From Myxococcota bacterium (lineage in GTDB: Bacteria > Myxococcota_A > UBA9160 > UBA6930): a stretch of DNA of 64,000 nucleotides. The stretch covers positions 4,960,001-5,024,000 of the forward strand of contig OZ245002.1 of assembly GCA_965223415.1 (NCBI GenBank), in the 5' to 3' direction. The translations under genes and the position numbers were made by a program. The notes beneath the pieces were generated by a model, which worked only from the letters and a program-made list of their open reading frames with translations, had not been told where the DNA came from and ran no database searches. Shown here in pieces: positions 10,227 to 19,031 of this stretch. The stretch's first letter is position 1. Each line of letters starts with the position of its first letter.

Positions 10227-10856
10227 ATGTCCCGTCCCCTCTCCCTCGCCCTGCTCCTGCTCGCGATCGGGGCGGCCCTCTCGGCCGCTGCCCGCCCGCG
10301 CTCCGGCGCCGTGATCGCGCGCCCGGCCCCGGCCATCGCTTCGGAGGTGTGGCTCAACAGCGAGCCGCTGTCCGCCGAAGACCTGCGCGGCAAGGTGGTG
10401 CTCGTCGAGTTCTGGACCTTCGGCTGCTGGAACTGCCACAACGTCGAGCCGTACGTGAAGGCCTGGCACGAGCGCTATGCCGGCGACGGCCTGGTCATCA
10501 TCGCGGTCCACACGCCCGAGTTCGAGAGCGAGAAGCGCGTCGAGCGCGTGCGCGACTACCTCGCGAAGAAGGGCATCCGCTACGCGGTCCCGATCGACAA
10601 CGACCATGCGATCTGGAAATCGTTCGGCAACCGCTACTGGCCCGCCTTCTACCTGATCGACAGGCGGGGCCAGATCCGCCACGTGCGGGTCGGCGAGGGC
10701 GGCCATGCCGCGACGGAAAGCGCGATCCAGCGGCTTCTCGCCGAGCCCGCCGGCGGCCCCTCGGATCCGGAGCCTCGTGGACCGCGGCCCGGTCGTTCTC
10801 CCGGTGGGGCGTCTGCGGTCTTCCCCGGTGAGGCGGAACTCCGGGCGGGCTCCTAG
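10227..10856 (+). CDS. Exported thioredoxin-like redoxin (DipZ/TlpA-like)
   Basis: Signal peptide; LRGKVVLVEFWTFGCWNC, VHTPEF and NRYWPAFYLID. Confidence 0.88.
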   Translation: MSRPLSLALLLLAIGAALSAAARPRSGAVIARPAPAIASEVWLNSEPLSAEDLRGKVVLVEFWTFGCWNCHNVEPYVKAWHERYAGDGLVIIAVHTPEFESEKRVERVRDYLAKKGIRYAVPIDNDHAIWKSFGNRYWPAFYLIDRRGQIRHVRVGEGGHAATESAIQRLLAEPAGGPSDPEPRGPRPGRSPGGASAVFPGEAELRAGS

Positions 10857-10919
10857 GAGGTCGCCACCCGTTCGCGCTGCAGGGCTCGCACTTCGCCCAG
10901 GAAGGGGCCCAACCCCGTG

Positions 10920-12284
10920 TCAGCGGGAGATGTGCTTCTCCAGCAGCGTGTGGAAGTGGCGGATCTTGGTCTCCTGGTAGAGGCCGTAGACCGCTTCCTC
11001 GTGCTGCGCCGCGCGCAGGCCCGCCTGCACCTGGCCCAGGTTGAAGACGTCTTGGTTGAACACCTTGGTCAGGAAGCCCAGCTCCGGCGCCTTCGTCCAG
11101 TCCTCGTCGTCGCCGAGCCAGTGCACCGGCGCCGGCGGCGGACGCCGCCCCCGGAAGGGGGAGAGGTAGATCACCTCCATGATGCAGTGGTGCGGATCGT
11201 TGCCGTGGGGCCGGAAGCGGTAGACGATGCGGTTGTAGGCGCCCCAGGGATGGAAGTTGGGGAAGACCGTGTAGTAGATGGAGTCGGCCAGCTCCGCATC
11301 CGACACCTCGCTCACGCTCGGCACGGCGCCCTGCAGGCCCATGCGTGACATCTGGGCCAGCATCTGCCGGGCCGTCATGCCCTCGGGCACGGCCATCACG
11401 GGCGGACCGTCGATGTCCCGCGTCATCATCGAGTCGAGCATGTCCTGCTCGGTCGGCTCGCTTTCCATGTGCGGGCTCGGTGTCATCTGGGGCGTGAGCG
11501 CGCGGCTGAAGGTGTCCCAGGCGTCGTACTGGGAGTTCGCGTCGCCGATGCCCGGCAGCAGCTGGGGGTGGGTGCCCACCACGTGGTAGGCCTCCATGAA
11601 GGCCTCCTGGGCCACCTTCCAGTTGCAGGGCAGCACCTTGGCGACGTGGGCCTCCTTGTAGCGCTCTTCGAGGGGCCAGGGCACGAAGTGCTCGGGCAAC
11701 TCGCCCAGGTGGTCTTCGAGGGGGCCGGCGTCCGGGTCCGGATTGATGAACACGAAGCCGCCCCAGGTGCCGACCTGGAGCTCCGGAAGCGAGTACTCGC
11801 CGCGTTCGACGTGGGGGAAGTCCCAGCGGCAGGGGATCTTCTTCAACGAGCCATCGAGGTTCCAGCTCCAGCGGTGGAAGGGGCAGCGCAGCTCGTCGGC
11901 CCGGCCGTCCTCGTCCCGGAGCCTTCGGCCCCGGTGGAGGCAGACGTTGTGGAAGGCCTTGATCTCGCTCTCGCTGGCCCGCACGACGAGGACCGAGAGA
12001 TCGGCGACGTCGTAGACGACGTGATCGCCGATCTTCACGAGCTCCTCTTCCCGGCAGGCGAACTGCCAGACCCTCTTCCACACCTTCTCGACCTCGAGGT
12101 CGTGGAAGGCCTGGCTCGTGTAGCGCTCGATGGGAACGCGCACGACCGGGAGCTCCCGGGCCGATTGGCGCCGGAGCACCTCCGGAACCGAACGCGTGTC
12201 CTCGTCGAGGAGCTCCTGGTAGCTCTGGCCCTTCGAACGGGCGCCCTGCCTGGGATCGGCGGGTGCGAGGGGTTCCACGGCCAT
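10920..12284 (-). CDS. Rieske aromatic ring-hydroxylating oxygenase, alpha subunit
   Basis: CLHRG...CPFHRW Rieske ligands; NWKVAQEAFMEAYHVVGTH iron site. Confidence 0.92.
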   Translation of the reverse strand: MAVEPLAPADPRQGARSKGQSYQELLDEDTRSVPEVLRRQSARELPVVRVPIERYTSQAFHDLEVEKVWKRVWQFACREEELVKIGDHVVYDVADLSVLVVRASESEIKAFHNVCLHRGRRLRDEDGRADELRCPFHRWSWNLDGSLKKIPCRWDFPHVERGEYSLPELQVGTWGGFVFINPDPDAGPLEDHLGELPEHFVPWPLEERYKEAHVAKVLPCNWKVAQEAFMEAYHVVGTHPQLLPGIGDANSQYDAWDTFSRALTPQMTPSPHMESEPTEQDMLDSMMTRDIDGPPVMAVPEGMTARQMLAQMSRMGLQGAVPSVSEVSDAELADSIYYTVFPNFHPWGAYNRIVYRFRPHGNDPHHCIMEVIYLSPFRGRRPPPAPVHWLGDDEDWTKAPELGFLTKVFNQDVFNLGQVQAGLRAAQHEEAVYGLYQETKIRHFHTLLEKHISR

Positions 12285-12305
12285 CGGGGGTCCTCCGCGC
12301 GCCGA

Positions 12306-13064
12306 TCAGAAGGCGGCGCGCTTGGTGAAGCCGCCGTCCACGACCAGGTTCGCACCGGTGACGAGGCTCGCAGCCGGGCTCGCCAGGAAGACGACGGCGC
12401 GTGCGACTTCCTCGGGCGTGCCCATGCGGCCGATGGCGCACTGGGCGAGGGCGCCCTCGTACATCGCCGGCATCGCCTGCTTGATCATCTCCCAGTTGCC
12501 GCCCTCGAAGTAGATCGGTCCGGGGGACACCACGTTCACGCGCACCCCCTGCTTGGCCAGGGCCTGGGAGAGGTCCGAAGCGTGGGTAATCAGCGCGGCC
12601 TTCATGGCGTTGTAGGGCTGCGGCACGCCCAGGAACTCCAGGGCGGCGGTGCTGCTGATGAAGATGATGCTGGCGGCCTCGCTCTGGCCCAGGTGCGGCA
12701 TGGCCGCCTCGACGCCGCGGGCGGCGCCCATCACGTCGATGTCGAAGGTGGCCTGCCAGGCGTCCTCGCCCATGCCGCCGCCGGCGGAGGCATTGCTGAC
12801 GAAGACGTCGAGGCCGCCCAGGGCGTCCGCCGCCTCGCCGACGAAGGCCTTGACCGCGTCGCCGTCGGCCACGTCGACCGACTTCGTGAACACCTTGGCG
12901 CCGCGCGCCTCCAGATCCTTGCGCGCCGTCTCGAGGCCGGCTTCCGCCCGTGCGCAGATCGCCACGTCTGCGCCCTCGTCGGCCAGGGTCTGCGCGATCG
13001 CCAGGCCGATGCCCCGGCTGGCGGCGGTGACCAGTGCCTTGCGTCCGTTGAGTCCGAGATCCAT
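12306..13064 (-). CDS. SDR family oxidoreductase
   Basis: TAASRGIG, YNAMK and VNVVSPG motifs; own RBS AAGGAG before ATG 13064. Confidence 0.9.
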   Translation of the reverse strand: MDLGLNGRKALVTAASRGIGLAIAQTLADEGADVAICARAEAGLETARKDLEARGAKVFTKSVDVADGDAVKAFVGEAADALGGLDVFVSNASAGGGMGEDAWQATFDIDVMGAARGVEAAMPHLGQSEAASIIFISSTAALEFLGVPQPYNAMKAALITHASDLSQALAKQGVRVNVVSPGPIYFEGGNWEMIKQAMPAMYEGALAQCAIGRMGTPEEVARAVVFLASPAASLVTGANLVVDGGFTKRAAF

Positions 13065-13358
13065 GCCCTTGCTCCTTCGCGTGGGATCCGAGTCGAGCTC
13101 TGCGCGACTCGCGAGTTCGGGGACGGCGACGCCGCCCGTCTGGCGCGGGGGCCGGGGCCCGCCCATGCCGCTTCGCGGCTCCGGGGCGGGCCCGCCGATC
13201 CACCCCAGCAGGTGGGGATCGGCGTCCTTCAGCTCTCCGGAGCGGTGGTGGCCCTTTGCATCGAAGACCCCGGACAGGCCGTCGGGGCGCTCGACGCGGA
13301 TCAGCCCGTCGTCCTGCAGGTGGTAGGTGGCGCCAGTGAGCGGGTGGCGGAGCTTCAT
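13065..13358 (-). CDS. Small conserved domain (MKLRHPLTGATYHLQDDGLIRVE...) reading in frame into the SDR
   Basis: ATG 13358 overlaps the TetR stop (ATGA); no stop codon before the SDR ATG. Confidence 0.6.
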
Positions 13359-14056
13359 CGCCGGGCTCCGGAGGCGCGCCGGCCGCGCGGCTGCGGGCCA
13401 GCGAGACGCGCCTGGGCCTTGCGGGCCGCGGCCTCGAGAGTCGCCCGCGCCTTGCCGCGAACCAGGCCGAGCAGGGCCAGCGAGGTCTCGAGGCGCGCGA
13501 CCGCGTGGAACGCATCGTCGTCGAGCTCGCCGGACGCCCACTGTAGGGAGGCCATCCCCAGGTGCGCCGCGATCCGCAGGCGCAGGACGTCGGAATCGGC
13601 CCAGCTGGCGAGCAGGCCCTCGCTCTCCATGGCCGTCAGCGCCTTGCCGAGCTCGCGGCTCAGGGCGGCACCCACCTCGCGCTGGACTTCCGCTGCGCCC
13701 TCGGCGGTGAAGATCCAGGCGAGGAGCGGCCGATAGTAGGCGGGACGGCGGAGCAGCTCGCCGGTGCAGGAATCGGCCACCGAGAGCACCCGTTCGACCG
13801 GCGCAGCCTCCGGTGCGGCGGCAATGCCCGCGACGAACCGCGCCGTCTGCTCACGGACGGCCTCGAGCAGGACCCGGTCGCGACCGCCGACCAGGTTGTA
13901 GACGGTCGGCACGGTCACCCGGCTGGCCCGGGCCAGCTCGCGCATGGTGAGGGCCTCGATGCCCCTCGCGGCGATCAGGTCGCGTGCGGCGGCGAGGATG
14001 CGCTCGCGCCGCTCGGCCATGCGCCCCCGCCGGACGGGCTGCTCCAGGGACTCCAC
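13355..14056 (-). CDS. TetR/AcrR family regulator
   Basis: RRERILAAARDLIAARGIEALTMRELARASRVTVPTVYNLVG HTH. GTG 14056 lies 7 nt after TAAAGT; alternative ATG at 14020. Confidence 0.88.
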   Translation of the reverse strand: MESLEQPVRRGRMAERRERILAAARDLIAARGIEALTMRELARASRVTVPTVYNLVGGRDRVLLEAVREQTARFVAGIAAAPEAAPVERVLSVADSCTGELLRRPAYYRPLLAWIFTAEGAAEVQREVGAALSRELGKALTAMESEGLLASWADSDVLRLRIAAHLGMASLQWASGELDDDAFHAVARLETSLALLGLVRGKARATLEAAARKAQARLAGPQPRGRRASGARR

Positions 14057-14132
14057 GAGCCGGACTTTAACACGTTCAATTGGCTCGGAACACGGCTGGC
14101 GCGACCCGGCGCGACCGGTACCGTGCGCCCTC

Positions 14133-14588
14133 GTGAGGGGCCCCCGACTGCCGATCGTCGCGCTCCGGGGATGCCTCGGCCTCGTCGTGATCGGCGTGTA
14201 CCTGCTGGCAGCGGTGGCGCCCTGCCCGCCCGGCCTCTCGGCGGCCGCGGCCACCGGGGCGGCCCGGGTCGACGCTGCAGGTCCTAGCGCGCCGGCGCAC
14301 CCCGGTTTCGGCCACGCGCCGCACCACGCCGCCCACGGATCCCGGTCCTCCGCCCCCGCAGCCTCCGCGGCGGCTCCCCATGCCCAGCCGCCCCGCCTTC
14401 GCGCGCCCTGCACCTGCGGCTGCGATACCCGACCGACGCCGGGTGTCGTCGCGTTGGCCGTCCACGGACCCGCGACCTCCGCGGCGCTCGCCCCGCCGCC
14501 GCGGGCCATCGCCGCTCCTCGCCGGGAGCCCCTCCGCGCTCCGGACCGCCCCCGGCGGCCACCTGCCCCCGTCCCCCTCGTCGGCTGA
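14133..14588 (+). CDS. His-rich, CxCxC-containing, Pro-rich C-terminal small protein (DUF2946/CutF-like leader candidate)
   Basis: Hydrophobic N-terminus, HPGFGHAPHHAAH, CTCGC, C-terminus RAPDRPRRPPAPVPLVG. Start uncertain. Confidence 0.5.
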   Translation: MRGPRLPIVALRGCLGLVVIGVYLLAAVAPCPPGLSAAAATGAARVDAAGPSAPAHPGFGHAPHHAAHGSRSSAPAASAAAPHAQPPRLRAPCTCGCDTRPTPGVVALAVHGPATSAALAPPPRAIAAPRREPLRAPDRPRRPPAPVPLVG

Positions 14589-14660
14589 CGTCGCCCGGCC
14601 CCGCCGGGCCTGCCCGTACTCATCGCGACGAAGGCCGAAACCCACGGACGAGGAGATGGC

Positions 14661-15731
14661 ATGCCCATCCGCCGACCCCTGCTCGGGGTCCTGCTTCTGC
14701 TCTCGATACCCGGAGCGGCGCGGAGCGACGCGCCGCCCCATCCCAGCCACCATCACGCCGACGAGGCGACCGACCACGCGACCGTTCACGAGGCCGCCCA
14801 CGGTGCGTCGGCCCGTGCCGACGATCACGCGCCGATCGGGGTGATGGGCGACCACCTGCACCACGCCGGTGGCTTCATGCTCTCCTACCGCTTCATGCGC
14901 ATGGAGATGGACGGAAACCGCGATGGATCCAGCCGCGTCAGCACGAACGCGGTGCACCGCCGCTTTCCGGTCGCGCCGACGGACATGGACATGGAGATGC
15001 ACATGCTGGGTGCCATGTGGGCGCCGAGCGACGCGGTGACGCTGATGGGCATGGTGCCGTTCACGCGTCTGGACATGACCCACCGCACCCGCACGGGACG
15101 TCGCTTCCGCACCCGGTCCAAGGGCATCGGTGATGTTCGGTTCTCGGCCCTCGTCCGGCTCTTCGAGCAGGAAGCGCATCGTCTCCACCTGAACGCCGGG
15201 ATCAGTGCGCCCACCGGCCGCACCTCGGCGAAGGACGACACGCCGATGGGACGGGTGCGGCTCCCGTACCCGATGCAGCTGGGCTCCGGCACCTGGGATC
15301 TCCTGCCCGCGATCACCTACAACGCCCGGAGCGGCGACCTCTCCTGGGGTTCCCGGCTCGAAGCCACGTACCGGACCGGCCTCGGCAACAAGGGCTACCG
15401 CTGGGGCCATCGCTGGGGCGCATCGGGTTGGCTCGGCTTCCAGCTCGCGCCCTGGGTGTCGAGTTCGTTGCGGCTCGCCTACACGGACTGGCGGGGCGTT
15501 CGCGGCGACGACGACGACCTGCTTCGCGGCCTCGTGCCGACGGCCGATCCGGACCTGCGGGCGGGACGTCGGCTCGATCTGCTGTGGGGGGTCAACCTCC
15601 TCGCCCAGGGCGGCTTCCTTCGCGGCCATCGGCTGGCCCTGGAAGTGGGCCGCCCGATCGTCCAGCGCCTCGACGGCCCCCAGCTCGAGACCGATTGGCA
15701 GCTCACCCTCGGCTGGCAGAAGGCGTTCTAG
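14661..15731 (+). CDS. Putative outer-membrane beta-barrel transporter with His-rich N-terminus
   Basis: Signal peptide, HPSHHH, RADDHAPIGVMGDH, Met-rich MDMEMHM, YPMQLGSGTWD, C-terminal WQKAF. Confidence 0.75.
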   Translation: MPIRRPLLGVLLLLSIPGAARSDAPPHPSHHHADEATDHATVHEAAHGASARADDHAPIGVMGDHLHHAGGFMLSYRFMRMEMDGNRDGSSRVSTNAVHRRFPVAPTDMDMEMHMLGAMWAPSDAVTLMGMVPFTRLDMTHRTRTGRRFRTRSKGIGDVRFSALVRLFEQEAHRLHLNAGISAPTGRTSAKDDTPMGRVRLPYPMQLGSGTWDLLPAITYNARSGDLSWGSRLEATYRTGLGNKGYRWGHRWGASGWLGFQLAPWVSSSLRLAYTDWRGVRGDDDDLLRGLVPTADPDLRAGRRLDLLWGVNLLAQGGFLRGHRLALEVGRPIVQRLDGPQLETDWQLTLGWQKAF

Positions 15732-17251
15732 CCGCTGCCGGAGGCTTCCAACGGCGGGCGTCCCTTGGGGCGCCCGCCGCGCGGGAGACACCCGAGCAGG
15801 GCGAGGGCGACGAGCACCTCGTCGAGGTAGCGGCCGCCGCGCGCGTAGAGCGTCTCGATGCTGCTCGGATCGAACCGCACCACCCGGGCCTCCCGGACGT
15901 CGCGACCGACTCGCGCGAGCTCCCGTCCCAGGCCGTCGACCACGAAGCCCTCGCCCCGGTTGGCCACCCGCACGAGGGGCCGCCCGAGCTCCACACTGCG
16001 CAGGCGAGCCATCACGCCGTGCTGGGCGGCTCCGCGATCGGGGAAGAAGGCGTCGTTCGAGAGGTTGACGAGCACGTCCGCGCCCGCAGCCACGGCTCGC
16101 TCCGGGAGCTCCGGGAACATCGCCTCGTAGCACACGAGCGCCCCCAGGCGATGGCCCGCCACCTCGATGGGCGCCGAGCTCTCACCGCGGGCGTAGGAGC
16201 TGGCCGCGGCCAGGCGCCGGAGGCTGCGGCGGAGCCGCGGGCGCTGCTCGATCCACGCGGGGATCTCCTCGACCAGGGGGAACAGGGCGATCTTGTCGTA
16301 ACGGGCGACCTGCCCGCCGTCCGGGTCGAAGCCGGCGATGCTGTTCGTGAGGCGGCCGTCGGGGCGCTGGAGGAGCAGGCCCGTCACGAGCGGCGCCCGG
16401 AGACGGGAGAGCTTCGGGGCGAGCGCGCCGATCTCGTCCGGCGCCGCATCGATGGCGGTCTCGCTCCAGAAGAGGAGCTCCGCGCCGTCGGCCAGTGCGC
16501 CTTCCGCCAAGGCGAGCTGGCGCTCCAGGTTCGGTCGCCAGCTGTCCGACTGCCAGCGCTCCTGCTGGGGCGTCGCCGCCTGCACCAGGCCGACAGAGAG
16601 AGTAGCCGGGCCCGGGGGATGCATGGCGAGGCGGGCGGCGCCAAAGGCGGCCCATAGGACGACCACGGCCACCGCCCAGGCGAGCGGCCCGCGCCGCCGC
16701 TCGCTTCCCGCCTGGAGGAGCAGCGCGCCGACGAGGGCGATGCCGAAGGAGAGCAGCGGAACGCCGCCGACCGCCGCAGGCTGGAGCCAGAGCGTCTGCG
16801 CGAAGAGCGCGTCGCCGAGCCGCAGCCACGGAAAGGGACCGGCGAGCCGGAGCCACTCGGCGCTGACCCAGGCGAGGGCCTGCCCCAGCGCGAAGGGCAG
16901 TCGTCCCCGCCTCAGGAGGATGGCGAGCGCGCCGAAGACGACGAAGGCCGACGCGCCGGAGACGGCCACCGCCAGAGCGGCCGCCAGCGCCACACGGCGG
17001 GCGACGTCGAACTCCTGCGCAGCCGGGTAGAGCCAGTTCGCGACGGCGACCGACCAGCCCGCGGCGAAGAGCAGGCCCACGAGAGCACCGCCGAGGGGCC
17101 CTCGCATGCGCTGGAGCAGTGCGAGGATCGGAAGGAGCGCCAGGGGCGCTGCCCACCACAGGCCGTAGGGAGGGAACGGCAGCGCCGCGATGACGCCCGA
17201 GGCGACGGCAGCCAGGCCGATGCGGAGAGGGCCGGTCCAGCGGGTGCGCAT
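15728..17251 (-). CDS. lnt: Apolipoprotein N-acyltransferase homologue
   Basis: N-terminal TM helices, FPWLRLG, catalytic E (WSETA), K (YDKIAL) and C (VCYEA), NLSNDAFF, RSVELGRPLVRVANRG. Alternative ATG at 17332. Confidence 0.85.
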   Translation of the reverse strand: MRTRWTGPLRIGLAAVASGVIAALPFPPYGLWWAAPLALLPILALLQRMRGPLGGALVGLLFAAGWSVAVANWLYPAAQEFDVARRVALAAALAVAVSGASAFVVFGALAILLRRGRLPFALGQALAWVSAEWLRLAGPFPWLRLGDALFAQTLWLQPAAVGGVPLLSFGIALVGALLLQAGSERRRGPLAWAVAVVVLWAAFGAARLAMHPPGPATLSVGLVQAATPQQERWQSDSWRPNLERQLALAEGALADGAELLFWSETAIDAAPDEIGALAPKLSRLRAPLVTGLLLQRPDGRLTNSIAGFDPDGGQVARYDKIALFPLVEEIPAWIEQRPRLRRSLRRLAAASSYARGESSAPIEVAGHRLGALVCYEAMFPELPERAVAAGADVLVNLSNDAFFPDRGAAQHGVMARLRSVELGRPLVRVANRGEGFVVDGLGRELARVGRDVREARVVRFDPSSIETLYARGGRYLDEVLVALALLGCLPRGGRPKGRPPLEASGSG

Positions 17252-17368
17252 CAGCCTCCGGAGCCCTGATGCGCGGGGAGGGTCGCGAGGAGAACCGCTC
17301 GAAGACCTGCCAAACCGGCGCGTCTCCCCCATCGGGAGACCCGCCGGATCAACGCGCTGTGGCTTGCG

Positions 17369-17560
17369 CTACTTGCGGCGCCTGCGCAGGGAGACCATCA
17401 CGATCGCCGCACCCGCGGCGAACACCGCAGCGCTGGCCGGCTCGGGCACACCGGGCACGATGGCCCCGGTTCCCTTCGGCGGTGCCGTGAGGGCCCACGC
17501 CGAAGCCGGTGCGAGGGCGAGCGCGGCGAAGACGGCCTTGTGGATCAGCTTGTTCAACAT
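17369..17560 (-). CDS. Minimal PEP-CTERM protein (63 aa)
   Basis: MLNKLIHKAVFAALALAPASAWA-LTAPPKGTGAIVPG-VPEPASAAVFAAGAAIVMVSL-RRRRK; RBS GGAGA. Confidence 0.8.
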   Translation of the reverse strand: MLNKLIHKAVFAALALAPASAWALTAPPKGTGAIVPGVPEPASAAVFAAGAAIVMVSLRRRRK

Positions 17561-17606
17561 GGTTCTCCGGTTGGCCTGAGGTGGCCGGAACAGCGGCCCG
17601 ACGGAC

Positions 17607-17635
17607 ATCATGCCCATAGGGGAGTGCCTCGTCAA
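17607..17635 (-). promoter_or_regulatory. Sigma70-type promoter for the mini PEP-CTERM gene
   Basis: TTGACG, 17-nt spacer, CATGAT on the minus strand. Confidence 0.55.
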
Positions 17636-17677
17636 CCGTGTCCTGGGTCACAATTTTCTCGGAAATCCCTGTGGGGA

Positions 17678-18478
17678 TCAGCCGATCCGGGCGCTCTGGC
17701 CGCCGTCCACCGGCAGCACGGCGCCCGTAATGAAGCGGGCCTCCTCCGAGGCCAGGAACAGGGCGGCATGGGCCACGTCCCAGGCCGTGCCCATCTTCGC
17801 CCCGAGGGGAACCTGGGCGTCCCGGGCCCGGATCAGATCGTCCTTCGGAATGCCCCGCTCCGAGGAGATGCCCTCGATCGCCATGGGAGTGTTCATGAGG
17901 CCGGGCATGATCACGTTGGCTCGGATGCCGTACTGGGCGTTGCCCACGGCCAGGGCCTGGGTGTAGGCGTTGAGGCCGGCCTTGGACGTCTTGTAGGCGA
18001 CGATGCCGGTGGCGCACACGGCGGCGATCGAGGAGATGTTCACGATCGCGCCGCCGCCCTGCCCGCGCATCACCGGCAGCACGTGCTTGCAGGGGATGAC
18101 CGCGCTCTTCAGGTTGACGGCGAGGATTCGGTCCCAGGCCTCCTCGGTGATATGGGCCGGCCCGGCGTCGGCGCCGCCAATGCCGACGTTGTTGTGGAGC
18201 ACGTCGATCCGGCCATGAGCTTCGCGGCACGCTGCGACGAGCGCTTCGACCTCGGCCTCCATCGTCGCGTCGGCCCGATGGGCCGTGGCGCGGCCGCCCT
18301 CCTCGCGGATGCTCGCCACCGTCGCCGCCGCCGACGCCTCGTCGCGATCGACCGCGATCACGGTGGCGCCCTCCCGGGCGAACAGGATCGCGGTGGCGCG
18401 GCCGTTTCCGATCGTGTCGCCCGGCGTCTGTCCGGCACCGACCACCACCGCGATCTTGCCGGCGAGCCTCCCGCTCAC
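17678..18478 (-). CDS. SDR family oxidoreductase
   Basis: [24 protein letters not shown] and LPVDGG motifs; GTGA overlap with the upstream stop. Confidence 0.9.
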   Translation of the reverse strand: MSGRLAGKIAVVVGAGQTPGDTIGNGRATAILFAREGATVIAVDRDEASAAATVASIREEGGRATAHRADATMEAEVEALVAACREAHGRIDVLHNNVGIGGADAGPAHITEEAWDRILAVNLKSAVIPCKHVLPVMRGQGGGAIVNISSIAAVCATGIVAYKTSKAGLNAYTQALAVGNAQYGIRANVIMPGLMNTPMAIEGISSERGIPKDDLIRARDAQVPLGAKMGTAWDVAHAALFLASEEARFITGAVLPVDGGQSARIG

Positions 18479-19017
18479 GACGGAAGCTTGGGGAGGCCCG
18501 CCTCGGGCTGGACGCCCAGGGTGTTCAGGGCCATGGACACCAGGTTGTACTGCCCGACGGCGAAGACCAGGTCCATGAGCTGCTGGGTATCGAGGTGTTT
18601 CGACAGGGTCTTCCAGGTCGGGTCCGAGACGAAGGCGTCCCCGTGGAGCTCGTCGGTGGCCTGGAGGAGCGCGCGGTCGAGCTCGCCCCAGCTCCCGGCC
18701 TCCGGGCCCTCGGCGATGGCGGCGATCTCCTCCTCGGTGAGCCCGGTCTGCTTGCCGATCACCACGTGCTGGCCCCACTCGTAGCCGGCGCGGCACAGGT
18801 AGCCGATGCGGAGGATGACCAGCTCCCGCTCGCGGGCGGGAAGCGTCGATTTGCCCAGCACGTGGTTGCCGAACACGAGCCAGCGCCGCATCAGGTCCGG
18901 ATGATGGGCCAGGGTCCGGAAGATGTTCAGGAGCGGTCCGTCTCCGAAGCGGACCTTGAGCTCCTCGTCCATCTGCTCCGGATCGAGGGGCGGGACGCGG
19001 GGCGTATCGAGGCGCAC
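18475..19017 (-). CDS. Carboxymuconolactone decarboxylase/AhpD-like protein
   Basis: [10 protein letters not shown] and [32 protein letters not shown]. Confidence 0.85.
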   Translation of the reverse strand: MRLDTPRVPPLDPEQMDEELKVRFGDGPLLNIFRTLAHHPDLMRRWLVFGNHVLGKSTLPARERELVILRIGYLCRAGYEWGQHVVIGKQTGLTEEEIAAIAEGPEAGSWGELDRALLQATDELHGDAFVSDPTWKTLSKHLDTQQLMDLVFAVGQYNLVSMALNTLGVQPEAGLPKLPS

Positions 19018-19031
19018 GGGGCCCCTCCTTC

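Noticed and set aside
10790..10918. tRNA-Sec-like or riboswitch-like segment (CCGGTGAGGCGG)
   Set aside because: No UCA anticodon arm, T-loop or acceptor stem; the minus strand reads like a gene remnant (FLGEVRALQRERVATS*).
14066..14079. Imperfect palindrome TTTAACACGTTCAA as the TetR operator
   Set aside because: Plausible position, but two mismatches in seven pairs is too weak to call.
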